Shown: in pieces, positions 14,238-25,690 of the stretch
Layout: every line of letters starts with the position of its first letter
How positions within the stretch are numbered: position 1 is the stretch's first letter
DNA from: Bugula neritina
Taxonomy: Eukaryota > Animalia > Bryozoa
Assembly (NCBI GenBank): GCA_964035545.1
Contig: OZ037766.1
Location: forward strand, 26,254,343 to 26,318,342
Reading direction: 5' to 3'
Length of the DNA: 64,000 nt
The notes under the pieces: model-generated
What the model saw: only the letters and a program-made list of their open reading frames with translations
Database searches by the model: none
Told to the model about the DNA's origin: nothing
Position numbers and translations under genes: made by a program

Positions 14238-14729
14238 GTCTAAATAAGAAACAAGGTACAGCTATTTTAAAATTGATGACCATGACTTTATGCAAAAGTT
14301 TATGAAATATTTGTTTATTTATTTCAACAGCAAATATCTAAATAATTAATAAATGCTTCTTAACTTTAGTTTTGCATGATTATTTCTATTCTAAAAAAAT
14401 TACCAGTTAATGGTAATTAGCAAAATAAATGTAATTTCAAGAGCAAGCTGTTTTATTCTAAAGTAGCTTTGACTTTAAATTTCTTTGAAACAGTAACATA
14501 TAACTTGGTTGATGATGACTATCGGTAAAGTGAACTTATAAAATTATTAAAAGTTTGTGTTTCTAGAAAAAGATATATCAATATACTAGGTAGGTAATTA
14601 ACAATACAGAGATAACTAACTTAGCTAGTGTTTTCCGTATACATTGACACACATTTTTGCAACCTCATCTAAATGCAATACTTCTGCTTATACAAAATTC
14701 AATATCGCAGTGCATAGAAAGACACCTAC

Positions 14730-14960
14730 CTTCGTATGCAATACTTGTGCTTACACAGAGTTCAATATCACTGATTCTCTCCAAATGCAAGGACATTGAA
14801 AGTGCAGCTGCTTTTATATGTCCAGTTTGGAAACCCAACATGTATTAGATTTTTTATTATTATTCAAAAAGATCTGGAATTCCAATATTACTATCCTGAA
14901 TTGCATCACTTAGCCAATGCAAAGCTATTGTGACGTATTAGCATGGAATTCCCAATTAGT
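14730..14960 (-). promoter_or_regulatory. Gene C promoter: TATAAAA 14812-14818; kB-like sites at 14829, 14876, 14945
   Basis: GGAAACCC, GGAATTCC, GGAATTCCC; same order as in A and B although the spacers have diverged. Confidence 0.7.
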
Positions 14961-15504
14961 CTACAATAGAGCAATCAATGCATGCGGCAACCTATTATGT
15001 GAATAGAAGCACATATAATAGCATGACTGATGCATTGCAGTAACAGCTCCCTGAGTGCCCTGTATATGTATATTAGAAACGAATGAATTTCTACCTACTG
15101 CGGGCCATATTACCTTCATCTGCTGCTCTAACCATACATCAAATGCCAGGTTTTATAATCAGATCATATAACAACTGGTATACAGTTTTTTGCCCGCGAG
15201 TTGAAGGCCTGTATATAATACTATATATATAATACATTCAACATAAGTGAATATATTTCTAACTGTAACAAAAAACAAGAGTTATAAGTAGTTTATTACA
15301 GTCAGATTATGCTGTTAAAATTTTGAAAGTTAAGGTTACACAATTTCGAAATTAAAACCCTCCTTTATCACTCATTTGAATAGTTATACAAATAAAAATG
15401 CAGCTTTAGGTTTATATTTAGAGTTGGAAGTGTCGGCGAAGTGAATGAAATTCTGCTTTTAAATCATTTAACTTAAGAAGGATTCAGTTACGGGTACACC
15501 TGAA

Positions 15505-16425
15505 CTACATTATTTCACATCTGCTCTGTTCAGGATCGGCATCTATCAATATTGGATGATTACAGTAACATTTTAGCAGCAAGAATGTGCGATTATTCCC
15601 TGTGTCCTTGATAGTGACATAGTGACATTGTGGGCTATAATGCAACTCGTTGGCGTCATAAAAATTCCCACAATAGCAGTAACGTTCAAGATAGTAACCC
15701 CTGTAAACAGTAAAGACAGTAGAAATACGATACATATTATTACCGTTTTTTTCTATAAGCAGAAGGAGGTAGGTTGGGGTGGGAGATCAGCAGATTTAGA
15801 TAATGGCTGTGTAATTGCTATATACTCACTAAAAGGCACCAAGTTATATGAATTACTAAAAGGTCTGTTATGCAATTACAGCAATACTCATTGAGATTAT
15901 GTTGCTCTGTAGCTATAGTTGCTGTTCGGAAATTTAATATAACATTTTATTCTGCTAACCAGGTCAAAGTTCAAATGAGTAAATTAATTTTATAAGTTAC
16001 CTACAGAGTTTACTTGTTTTGTCAATTAGCGGAGAGCATTTTTTGTAGGCACTTAAAACGTTATAATTGACATAAACTTGCTTGCTAAAAAGAATTTTGT
16101 TGCTTTTTAAATTTGTATTGTCATGAAGCAAAATAAATTTGTTCTTTTTTTCTGTTGTCTCATAAATAGTATTTCAGACAGAAATTATGAAAAAATATTG
16201 AATTATTATTAATAATTTAACAAACATGGGATTAAGTTGCTTAGTCCATCAAAATGCATGGTGACTGAGCATTGGCCTATATACATACCCGCCAGGGCTC
16301 ATCCATTTTTTGTAGCAACAATTATTATTAGTGTGGAAAGTTTCAATCTTTTTGTACTTTGTAGGTGAACAGGTGTCCAGACCATCTTTATAATGTTTAC
16401 ATTCTTTAGGTCCAGGATTTGCCAT
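15505..16425 (-). CDS. Cluster gene D: 110 aa, ends RCEIM (CaaX-like); coding exons 16425-16289 and 15700-15505; exon 1 donor at 17653
   Basis: MANPGPKECKHYKDGLDTCSPTKYKKIETFHTNNNCCYKKWMSPGG|GYYLERYCYCGNFYDANELHYSPQCHYVTIKDTGNNRTFLLLKCYCNHPILIDADPEQSRCEIM*. Confidence 0.87.
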
Positions 16426-17653
16426 GATATCTAAATCAATGTAAATGGTCCATGTTGTCATACTAATAGTAATCAATAATTTGTAGTTCTGTAGAGTACT
16501 ATACTGGAAAAAATAATTGACAGCTTAGTTATCTAGTAGGTTCAAGAAATTGGTAGCCACATCACTTATGGAGTATTCTAAGTTAAATTAAAAACATATT
16601 TATATGTATTATGTACTGTTCTGCAACCATTTTACAGTTAGCATGCTTTAGTGTATGAAATTGAGTAATTGATGTGCATGCAAGTATTTATTATTGTTAC
16701 AGACTTATTACAATATATTACATCAAAAGTTTTGTAATTGTACATGTATCTACTATCTATATAACACAGCAATATATAAAACAGTTTATACATATACATT
16801 ATACATTTATATATAATACAGTTTATTAAGCAAAACATTGTGCTAGAAGTGTATTAGCTTTCTCTTCTATAGACATATCAGCAAAATGTTGTATTAGATT
16901 AAACAAATGAATATTTTTTAAAGGTGTAGTGTATTGTTTTGCTATAAATAATGCTGATGATAATATAAGTTTGGCTTTGGTCTTGCTGTTTGATTTAGTT
17001 GGAAATGAGATGAGCAAATAATAATTTTGAAAGCAAAATATTCAAACAAATTGATAATAATAAGAATACATGACTATATTTTAAAAAATATAGAAGCTTT
17101 TAGCTGATAGGCTAGCATTTTGTTTAACTTTTGGTTGATTATTATATGCATCAAAACTTCCATGTCAATTACTCAAATTATATGTATATATATGTAAACA
17201 AATCCATTATAAAAATTAAATTAATTTGTTCTCATCTCATTATTTATAACTGGCTAAGTCACAGCCTCGTTCAAAAAGTTGTATTAAACAAACATGCTTA
17301 TGGTATTCTAAGAACTCCACTGGTAACATGCTAGATATTGAAACAATATTATGTCAAAGGTGCTGACTATAATGTTAACATACTCATTATATAGAGACAA
17401 ACATAAAAAGTTATTTGAGTTTTACAGATTGGTGCATAAAAACTAAAAACCTGCATGTATATTATATAGATTGCAAGTTAATATAAATATTAGTAAATAA
17501 CATACAAAATAATTTGTTTTTACCACAAAATTGTCACTGTATTTTCTTTTTTATATTATTATATATATAATAGTGCGAGATTAAATGTAGTAAACAATAG
17601 GTTTGGTAGCTAATTTGATAGACATATATGCTAAGATATAAAGTATTACTTAC

Positions 17654-17830
17654 TGAATCAGTTAGCTACTTGTTCTAAGCAAGATATACTCCAACAAAAA
17701 TTTTTTTTCATAAACTTAGAAGCAATAGGAAGATGTTGCTTTTATACTACGCTGTTGGAAATCCAGTTTGTAAAAAAAGTTTCCACTGATTAACTTTGGA
17801 AATGGGAAATTGCTTACTTGGGATTTCCAA
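17654..17830 (-). promoter_or_regulatory. Gene D promoter: TATAAAA 17740-17746; kB-like sites at 17757, about 17777, 17820
   Basis: GGAAATCC, AAAGTTTCC, GGGATTTCC; closely similar to the promoter of E. Confidence 0.7.
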
Positions 17831-18219
17831 TAACAGCCGTTAGAATTGCATGTTTCATGGATTTTTAAATTTTCATTAGTAATAACAATAATAGTATTCT
17901 GTTTTGTTGTACAACACGCACGCTCATAACACATTTATTAGAGTTTACAATTTTCGATAAGTTGCAGCTGATAGGAATAAAAAACTCATAAATAGATTGA
18001 AAAACTTTTATCACACATTGGCATTTGCAAATTTACACTGCTTCAGCTATAAATAACGTGGTTCAGGTAACAATATAAGAGTAACATTGTGTCAACCTGC
18101 ATTTAATATAATTATGTATTTATAAACGTTCCATTATCACTGTAATTTTATGTCATTATTATGGTATAAACTATGATATTACTCTAGAATTGTTTTTTAT
18201 ATTAAACGCACGTTTACCA

Positions 18220-18430
18220 CCATGCTTTTCTGAAAGGCAGGCTTGAAAATCCAACTTGTAACATAAGATTTTGCTGGCATGTGCAATATGCAATTATAGC
18301 TGGATGGAATTCCCATTAAATGCTTTATGCAAGAAAATGGAAATTCCCATGCTCAAGTTCCCAATAACAATCATGACTCATCATAAACTAAGCTATTCCT
18401 AATTATCACATGTGATGTTTTAACAGTTCA
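18220..18430. promoter_or_regulatory. Distal kB/AP-1-like enhancer block, copy 2
   Basis: GGAATTCCC 18306; GGAAATTCCC 18339 (GGGAATTTCC on the - strand, full kB consensus); TGACTCA 18374. Confidence 0.55.
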
Positions 18431-19359
18431 CTGCATACAGTGTTAAAGCACAAATAATATATAAGAATTATATTGCTTTAATTGTGAACATTAATGTTAC
18501 TTAACTAATTAATAATGGCAATAAACATGTGCATCCATCAGTTATTCGGTAAAAACTCATTTTGAAAATAACTTTTGTATTCTTATTGCAACTTACAAAT
18601 ATTTATAAATATGTTTCTAATCTTTGTTCAAACATAAAAACTGATAGCCATGTAGATGTTAATAGCAGTTAAACTCTCATAACTGCGTTATAAAAGTTAT
18701 TTTAATTCTTATGAAATAATATTACAAAGCATAGCTCATAAAACTAGTCCTTTAGTAAAAAGATAACAACATCTGATGTATGTAATCAGCAATTAAACTT
18801 CTTCTGCTTTGCTAATGCTAACAAGGGATCAAAGGTCAGACTATTTTATACTTGAAAAAATTATAATATGCACATAAATTCTGTGTGCTTGAAGTGTGTG
18901 GACTGTCCCATTTAATCAATGTGTTGCAGCTTTCAGTTGTAAGTAATAACTGGTAGGAAAAGTGTTGATTATATCATGTATGTAGGGGACACTGAAACTT
19001 TTATTGAATTATATATAATCATATTATAATATGCAAGGCATTTATAACAGTAAACTTCAAAAAATCAATGTGTGGATTTCAAATACAGTTTATTTGGCTA
19101 ATATATTATTCCATATTTAGTTTTTTGCAATATTTTAAATGCTGTTAACTTGCTTTTGTTATCAATTTAACATGCTATGTATTTTGCAGTTAAAATGATA
19201 TTTTCCAAAAAGTGTATACATTTAAAGATTTAATAATGTTTTAAAAACTAGCAAAAATTTATGAAAACACATTCAAAATTACAATTTATAACTTGATATA
19301 TCACATATTTTAAACAAAATTTTTTAAAGAATCAAGAGGAAACGTTAGATGAATATGCT

Positions 19360-20165
19360 TTAGACAAAGTCCGTAGTCTGGCATTTGCAATTTGAAACAA
19401 AGTAGGTTTGGCCAGTGCGGCGATCTTTATATCCAATGTAGTTACAATCTGGGTGGTAATGTTGCTCTTCAGCCCCATTAGTATAATTCCAGCATTCACA
19501 TCTCCTCACCAGGTAATATACTTTACCATACCATGGGCTAGAATTTTAGAAACTAACTTTTTAAACCATCTTGTGTTTTACATGATTCTAAGACTGCATA
19601 CATGACACAAAGTTTTTGGCACATCAAATGTTCACTAGTATCCTAATATACAAACTTGTGGCAACATCTAATTTTATTAACAAACAGAAGTGTTCGATGT
19701 TATTGGCCGAGAGCATAAACTTATCAAAATCTTTAATATTTGAATATAATTAATCTGATACCAAATAATCAGAATATGACAAGCTTAATATATATCATGT
19801 TTTGCATTGAATAAGAAATTACCTTAAATATTATTTATATCTTATATTTATTATCTCATTATCTTAATTAGGATTCAGAAGTTAAATCTTAGCCTTCCTA
19901 TACTAGATAGGAAATACACTTCTCAATAAAATTTATTATCTGGCAAAAAATCATTTAAATATATTATAAGATAGTTATAGTTAAAATAAGGGTATTCTGT
20001 AACAGCATTATTGAGTTCTACTCACTCGTCAACAGACTTTGATTCGTAAGAGCAGCTGGAAGCAGTGTGGGGTCCTTCAACCTTCTTTCTGGGATGAATA
20101 GTTGATTCTTTGCTTTCACGGGTGTTAACATAATAGTTGCTTGGCAAGGTGGGTGTGAAAGCCAT
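19360..20165 (-). CDS. Cluster gene E: 105 aa, ends TTDFV; coding exons 20165-20026 and 19537-19360; exon 1 donor at 21096
   Basis: MAFTPTLPSNYYVNTRESKESTIHPRKKVEGPHTASSCSYESKSVDD|PWYGKVYYLVRRCECWNYTNGAEEQHYHPDCNYIGYKDRRTGQTYFVSNCKCQTTDFV*. Confidence 0.86.
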
Positions 20166-20188
20166 ATCTCTGGGTTAACTGTAATAAT

Positions 20189-20190
<2 letters not shown>

Positions 20191-20266
<76 letters not shown>
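20191..20266. repeat. (TA)n microsatellite just inside intron 1 of gene E
   Basis: Direct observation. Confidence 0.97.
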
Positions 20267-20269
<3 letters not shown>

Positions 20270-21096
20270 TACTATAAAGCTTTGTTTTCATGTGTAAATT
20301 TATTTGTATTTTAACTTAGAAATGTAAACTTACTTTTCATGCAAAAAATACTATTTTGATAGAAATGATTTTTTTAGATATAATATCAATATGAAAAAAT
20401 AGAAATGCTTCTGCAATTATTTTTATATATGCATCTTCACAATTAGTTAATTTTTCATTGTGACTAACTAAATTTATTGCCACCATTCCTAACCGAATTT
20501 TATTACAGCTTACAGCTGAAGATTTTTTTACAACCATAACATCACGATTCAAGTATATAAAAATAGTAACTACATTGTAAATTAGTAAATATAACTTTTT
20601 ATGTAATAACTTCTAATCTCTATATTGCTCAAACGATAATATGTATTTCAACCTATGAACATTATTATACATTATAAAGTTACATTAGGATTCAATAATC
20701 TTAGAGCTGCCAAAGAAGCAGCTGCATGCTCTCAACAACTTATATCAAGCTGAAAGTTTTCTATTTCCTTCTAATAACTTCACTTCATTATATACGAGGC
20801 ATTTAAATAATATGTTCACTGTGATCATTATCAGGATGACCGTAAGATAACACATAACTTGAGTTTCATGAATTAGTGCATCCTGCTGGGATACCACATG
20901 CCCACAGATTAAACAGAGTAGTATAGTGAAATATATATTAGATACTGCTACATATTATGCAAAACAAATATTGATTTACTATATATTTTAGTTAAATTTA
21001 CCAGAGTATGACATAACATATGTTTAAGAATAAGCAGAGTTTTAATAAACAAGTATTAAACCCTAATTTAATGTAGAGATATAAAATATTACTTAC

Positions 21097-21340
21097 TGAA
21101 TGAGTTATAGCTACTTGTTCTAGGCAAGATACTTTAGCAAACTTTTTTTCATAAATTAAGAAGCAATGAGAAGATGCTACTTTTATACTACGCTGTTGGA
21201 AATCCAGTTTGTATAAAAAAGTTTCCACTGAAATTTGTTGACTTGGGATTTCCAACAACAGCCATTGCATCATAGCTTGATGGAATTCCTAATAAATGTT
21301 TTATGCAGGAAATGGAAATTCCAATGCTCAGGTTGCCAAT
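21097..21340 (-). promoter_or_regulatory. Gene E promoter: TATAAAA 21181-21187; kB-like sites at 21198, about 21218, 21245, 21282, 21314
   Basis: GGAAATCC, AAAGTTTCC, GGGATTTCC, GGAATTCC, GGAAATTCC; the last two are the distal enhancer block joined directly to the core promoter. Confidence 0.7.
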
Positions 21341-21831
21341 AGCAACAATGGCAGAACATACTCAACTTTTTCCAAGTTGAGCTCCCATTGAGTAACTGAG
21401 TTACAGCTTTCAGTTGTAAGTAATAACTAGTTATATTTATGAAATGTGCTGATCAAGTCATCTATGTTATAGTGGACATTGAAAACTTTATTGAGTTATA
21501 TATGCATAATCATAATATTATTATGCAAGGCCTTCATAACAGTAGGTAAATTTAGAAAAAATCATGTATAGATTTCAAATACAGTTTCTTTGGCTATAAT
21601 AGATCATTTAAATTCTTGTATTAGGCTATTATAAATTACTTTAAATTGCTTTTATCAATAATCTAATACATTCTATATTTTCAGTTAAAGCTCTGTGTTT
21701 CAAAAAATTATATACATGATAAGCTGGCAAATTACTTTTTATGAAAACATATACAAGTAGGTGACAAGTTAAGAAAGTGCATCTTTTATACTTTAAAAAA
21801 ACGTCAAGAGACAATATTAAATGAATATGTT

Positions 21832-22618
21832 TTACACAAAGCTTTTAGCCTGGCATTGGCAATTCAAAACAAAAAAGGTATGTCCGGAGCGGCCATCTTT
21901 ATATCCGGTGTAGTGACAACCAGTGTCGCCGTGCTGCTCTTGAGCCTCGTCGGTATATCTCCCGCAGCCACATCTTCTCACCAGATAGAACTTCTGATTG
22001 TAGCATGGACTAAAAGTTATGAGAATAGCTTTTTTAATAATCTTGTGATTTACGTAACTATATAAGCAGCACACTTGACACAGAATGTTACTGGCACATC
22101 AAATGGTCACTATAGATGTATGCTAATATCGTGCTAACTCCTGGCAGTTTGTTAAATATTGCGGTAGTTATTTGCATTAACTTGTCAAAATTCTCAATAC
22201 TTGAAGAGAATTAAGCTAACACCAAATAAACGGCATATGAAACGTTTATGTTTTCATTGAATAAAAAATTATCTTATAAAATATGATACAAGTTTTATAT
22301 CATTTACAGTTTACACAAATTTATGATTCAGGCAGAAGTTAGATTTTAGCTTTTTAGTGTAGATAGAAGATAAATTCCTCATTAAAATTTAGTATGTGGC
22401 ATAAAAAAACATTCAACTATTTTATAAAGTAGTTATAATAGTTGAAATACAACATCATAATTGAGTTCTACTCACCCGCCAATAAGCTTTGATTCATAAG
22501 AGCAGCTGGCAGCAGTGTGGGGCCCTTCAACCTTTTTCCGGGAATGAATATTTGACGACTTTGCGCTGTCGAGGGTGTCAACGTAATAGTTATTTCTCAA
22601 ACTGGGTGTGTAAGCCAT
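21832..22618 (-). CDS. Cluster gene F: 106 aa, ends AKSFV; coding exons 22618-22476 and 22009-21832; exon 1 donor about 23254
   Basis: MAYTPSLRNNYYVDTLDSAKSSNIHSRKKVEGPHTAASCSYESKLIGG|PCYNQKFYLVRRCGCGRYTDEAQEQHGDTGCHYTGYKDGRSGHTFFVLNCQCQAKSFV*. Confidence 0.86.
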
Positions 22619-23254
22619 TTCTGTGCCGTAACTGTAATAAATGACAGCCATGCTTACTTGAGAGTTTGATTAACATATGTAATTTTATTTGTAATTTATA
22701 CCCATGTATAACACATGTGGTAAGTTATTTTTATATTATAACTCAGTATTTTAAACTTTCTGCGCAGATAAAAATAAGAATTTAATACAAAGCAAAACTT
22801 AAAAATTATTATTGAAAACAAAAATAGTATGGTATTACAAATATTAAAATGAATATATTATTTAGAATTTGCCATGTTAACACTATTAGCTAAACAGTGT
22901 ATCTGTTTTTAACTGAATTTTTTCTACTTGTTTATAGTCTTAGTTTATATTAAAGCTGTAAAGGTTTACTAATTAAAAAATTTTGAACATACAAAAATAA
23001 TATTCACAGTTGCAGAGCAACAGAAATGATTTTCTTTTGTAAAAAGCTGCAACCTCTTCAATTTAACTCAAAAAATTGTAAGTGACTATTTAATATCATG
23101 TCTTAATGTAGCTGACAATTTGTTTGCTATACAAGATACTTAGATAATAATACATGTTAACACTACGAGCTGCATACTGCAGTGTTGAAAATATTTTTCA
23201 GAAAAAGTAAATCAGTCATTGAAAGTCTAAAAATAATACAATTATTTTACTCAC

Positions 23255-23400
23255 TGTGTTGTTCAAGACTCTGATGCTGGATAGAAACACTCTATTTTCA
23301 GTTATGGCGTAGCAACACATCATCTCCTCCTTATATACTCGCCTGTTGGAAAACCAGTTTCAAATCCCACAAACTTTTTTTGCCGTTCTGGATTTTCCAG
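23255..23400 (-). promoter_or_regulatory. Gene F promoter: TATATAA 23331-23337; kB-like sites at 23348 and 23390
   Basis: GGAAAACC 10 nt from the TATA box; GGATTTTCC. Confidence 0.65.
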
Positions 23401-24699
23401 AAAAACAATGATGTAGTCTTTTAGCAACTATGCGAGCATCTGATTGGATAAATTAAAAATTATCAGTAATTAATGTTTCACATATGCACATCAGCTTTAT
23501 TTTCTTATGAACATGTGGTGTTCATAACTAAGCGTTTTACTGCGGAACATATTCAGTTCCTGTCTTGCTAATAATGTAGATTAGATATTAGGCCAAGTGT
23601 TATATTGTATAGTGTGTATCTACATTATGTCATAATTACATGTAATGTTATTGCATCAATAAGTACGAGTATATAAAATGATTGTATGAGACATGCATAT
23701 ACTAGTGTCAATGAGTTCAATTAATAAGTGAATAGTTGTTTAGATTCAAGCTCGAGGCCAATTATTACTCAAGTATTCAAATTTATAGTGATATTTTATT
23801 CCTTGTGATTAATACATAAGTGCCGGACACAAATTTCATCTAGGCGTATATTAAATACTCATACATATCTAAGCAATCATCTATACATACTGTTTGAGTG
23901 TTGCATACTCAACAATGTTGATTTATAATAGATCTTGTACTCATGCTGCTGGTTTCTTAAGTTGATGTTTAAACTTTTAGGCCAGCTCAATGATTAGCAG
24001 CCAAGAGTAGTCAGCACTAGTTACCTACTAGTTCTGTACTACTACGAACTGCTGAATGAAAACATCATTGACATGGGTGCAAAAAGTTATCATCTCAAAC
24101 AATCTGTAGATAATAGCTTATAAAATATATGGGGATATTTTATTACTGCATAAGTGAAGTGTGTCGGGGATTCCTCAACAGTCAGCTAAGTATAAAGGTT
24201 TCTATGCATATTGACACTGAAATCAAAACACTTAAAAAGCTAGAGTTATATATATTTCACTACATATTCTTAAATAGCCAACACCCGTTGCTACTAAACA
24301 TTTATCAGGTAGCTTTGCTAAATTTAGGTGATGCCAACAAGCAGTGGATCACATATCAGATATTTATAGGGACTGGCTGGCAAAGCTGTAGCTGCTGCTG
24401 CTATGTCAGGTCATACAACCTTCAAACAGTCTGTAGATGATAGCTAAGGTATATAGGGTTATTTTATTACTGCATAAGTGAAGTGTGTCAGGGATTCTTA
24501 GATGTTTATTGGAAAGTACTATAGATGTATTATTTTCATTTCAGGAACTAAAAATTGTATATATTAGCTAGAAAAACAGTTTTACTAACTAAATATGCAC
24601 ACTATCAATCACAAACAGTATGTAAGATTGTATTTTGGTATGTTTTATATATACTTAATGTTGACCTTAAAAAATTCAATTGCCAAAAGATAATACATA

Positions 24700-24769
24700 G
24701 TAAAGTGAGCGCAGTTCTATTTCTTGGACAATAGCTGCGTTCTTTGCTATTGTTGAGGGTGAAAGCCAT
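24700..24769 (-). pseudogene. Possible decayed seventh paralog (E/F-type exon 2 remnant)
   Basis: An AG acceptor is followed by ATG GCT TTC ACC CTC AAC AAT AGC AAA GAA (MAFTLNNSKERSYCPR), resembling E/F MAF/MAY..TLDSAK/SKE..PR with an internal deletion; the H-x4-C motif is lost and I found no exon 3. Confidence 0.3.
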
Positions 24770-24938
24770 TCATATCTAATTTAATTTCGTTATCTGATAT
24801 ACCAGGTACGTGCTTATAAAATTTTATTCACAAATAACCATATTCATTTTGTTATTTTCTGTGTTATTTTCTCATAATATAGATGGTAATTTTACACGAT
24901 TCAAAAAGTTGAAATTTAATGCAGCAATGATATATATT

Positions 24939-25389
24939 TGTATCGGTTTGTGTTTGTGTCTGGTTGCAAGATATGCTTTAACTACTAGCCAACTTGGCAA
25001 CAGGTTTTCGAGTTTATTAACTGTCAAATCGTACCCTATAAAATGGGAAACATTAGAAATTGTATAAATAAGTAGTCACAATATAAATCAAAATTCAGAG
25101 GAACACTATGAATATTACAGAACCAAAAAATTGACATGAACTATTGTAATTCTAATAAACTTACAATATTGATGCGTGGATAAAAATCTTAGCCATCACA
25201 ATACCGAAACCGATAGTTTGTCCATACAAAGTGTGTAAATATGGCGGTTTGATCATGATACACTGACTCATGCAGTACAGTGAATGAACTAGCTCTGCCA
25301 GCTAATAGTAGCTTTGGTGAAAGCTTTTGAAGCTTGAAAGCTTTAATGATTGGCTGCCTGCCAATACTTCTGGGTGGCATACCAATACA
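24939..25389 (-). repeat. 3' LTR (451 bp)
   Basis: No differences from 31345-31795 seen by eye; AATAAA near its 3' end on the - strand. Confidence 0.96.
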
Positions 25390-25690
25390 TCGGTGGGGTC
25401 GAATTGTTTGGCAGATACTATTCTGACAAATATTGATAAATTATGTAAATCAAAACAAACAAAACAAACAAAACAAAATAGGATCAGTCACAGACCATGA
25501 AATTCTTGCACCAATCCGCTGACCCCTCCGCGCACCAGCCCGTCCCCCGAAAAACGGTTGAACGCAAACCCCTCCAGCGACACGAGCGTACACGCGGCCA
25601 AGAAGGTAGATCAGTCATTTATGGGTTCACTTCAGTTAATAAAGCCAACCTATGCACGCTGCGGGTTATGATAGTGTCTTTACAGCCTAC

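Noticed and set aside
25189-25380. Identical 63-aa ORFs at 25189 and 31595
   Set aside because: A by-product of the two identical LTRs.
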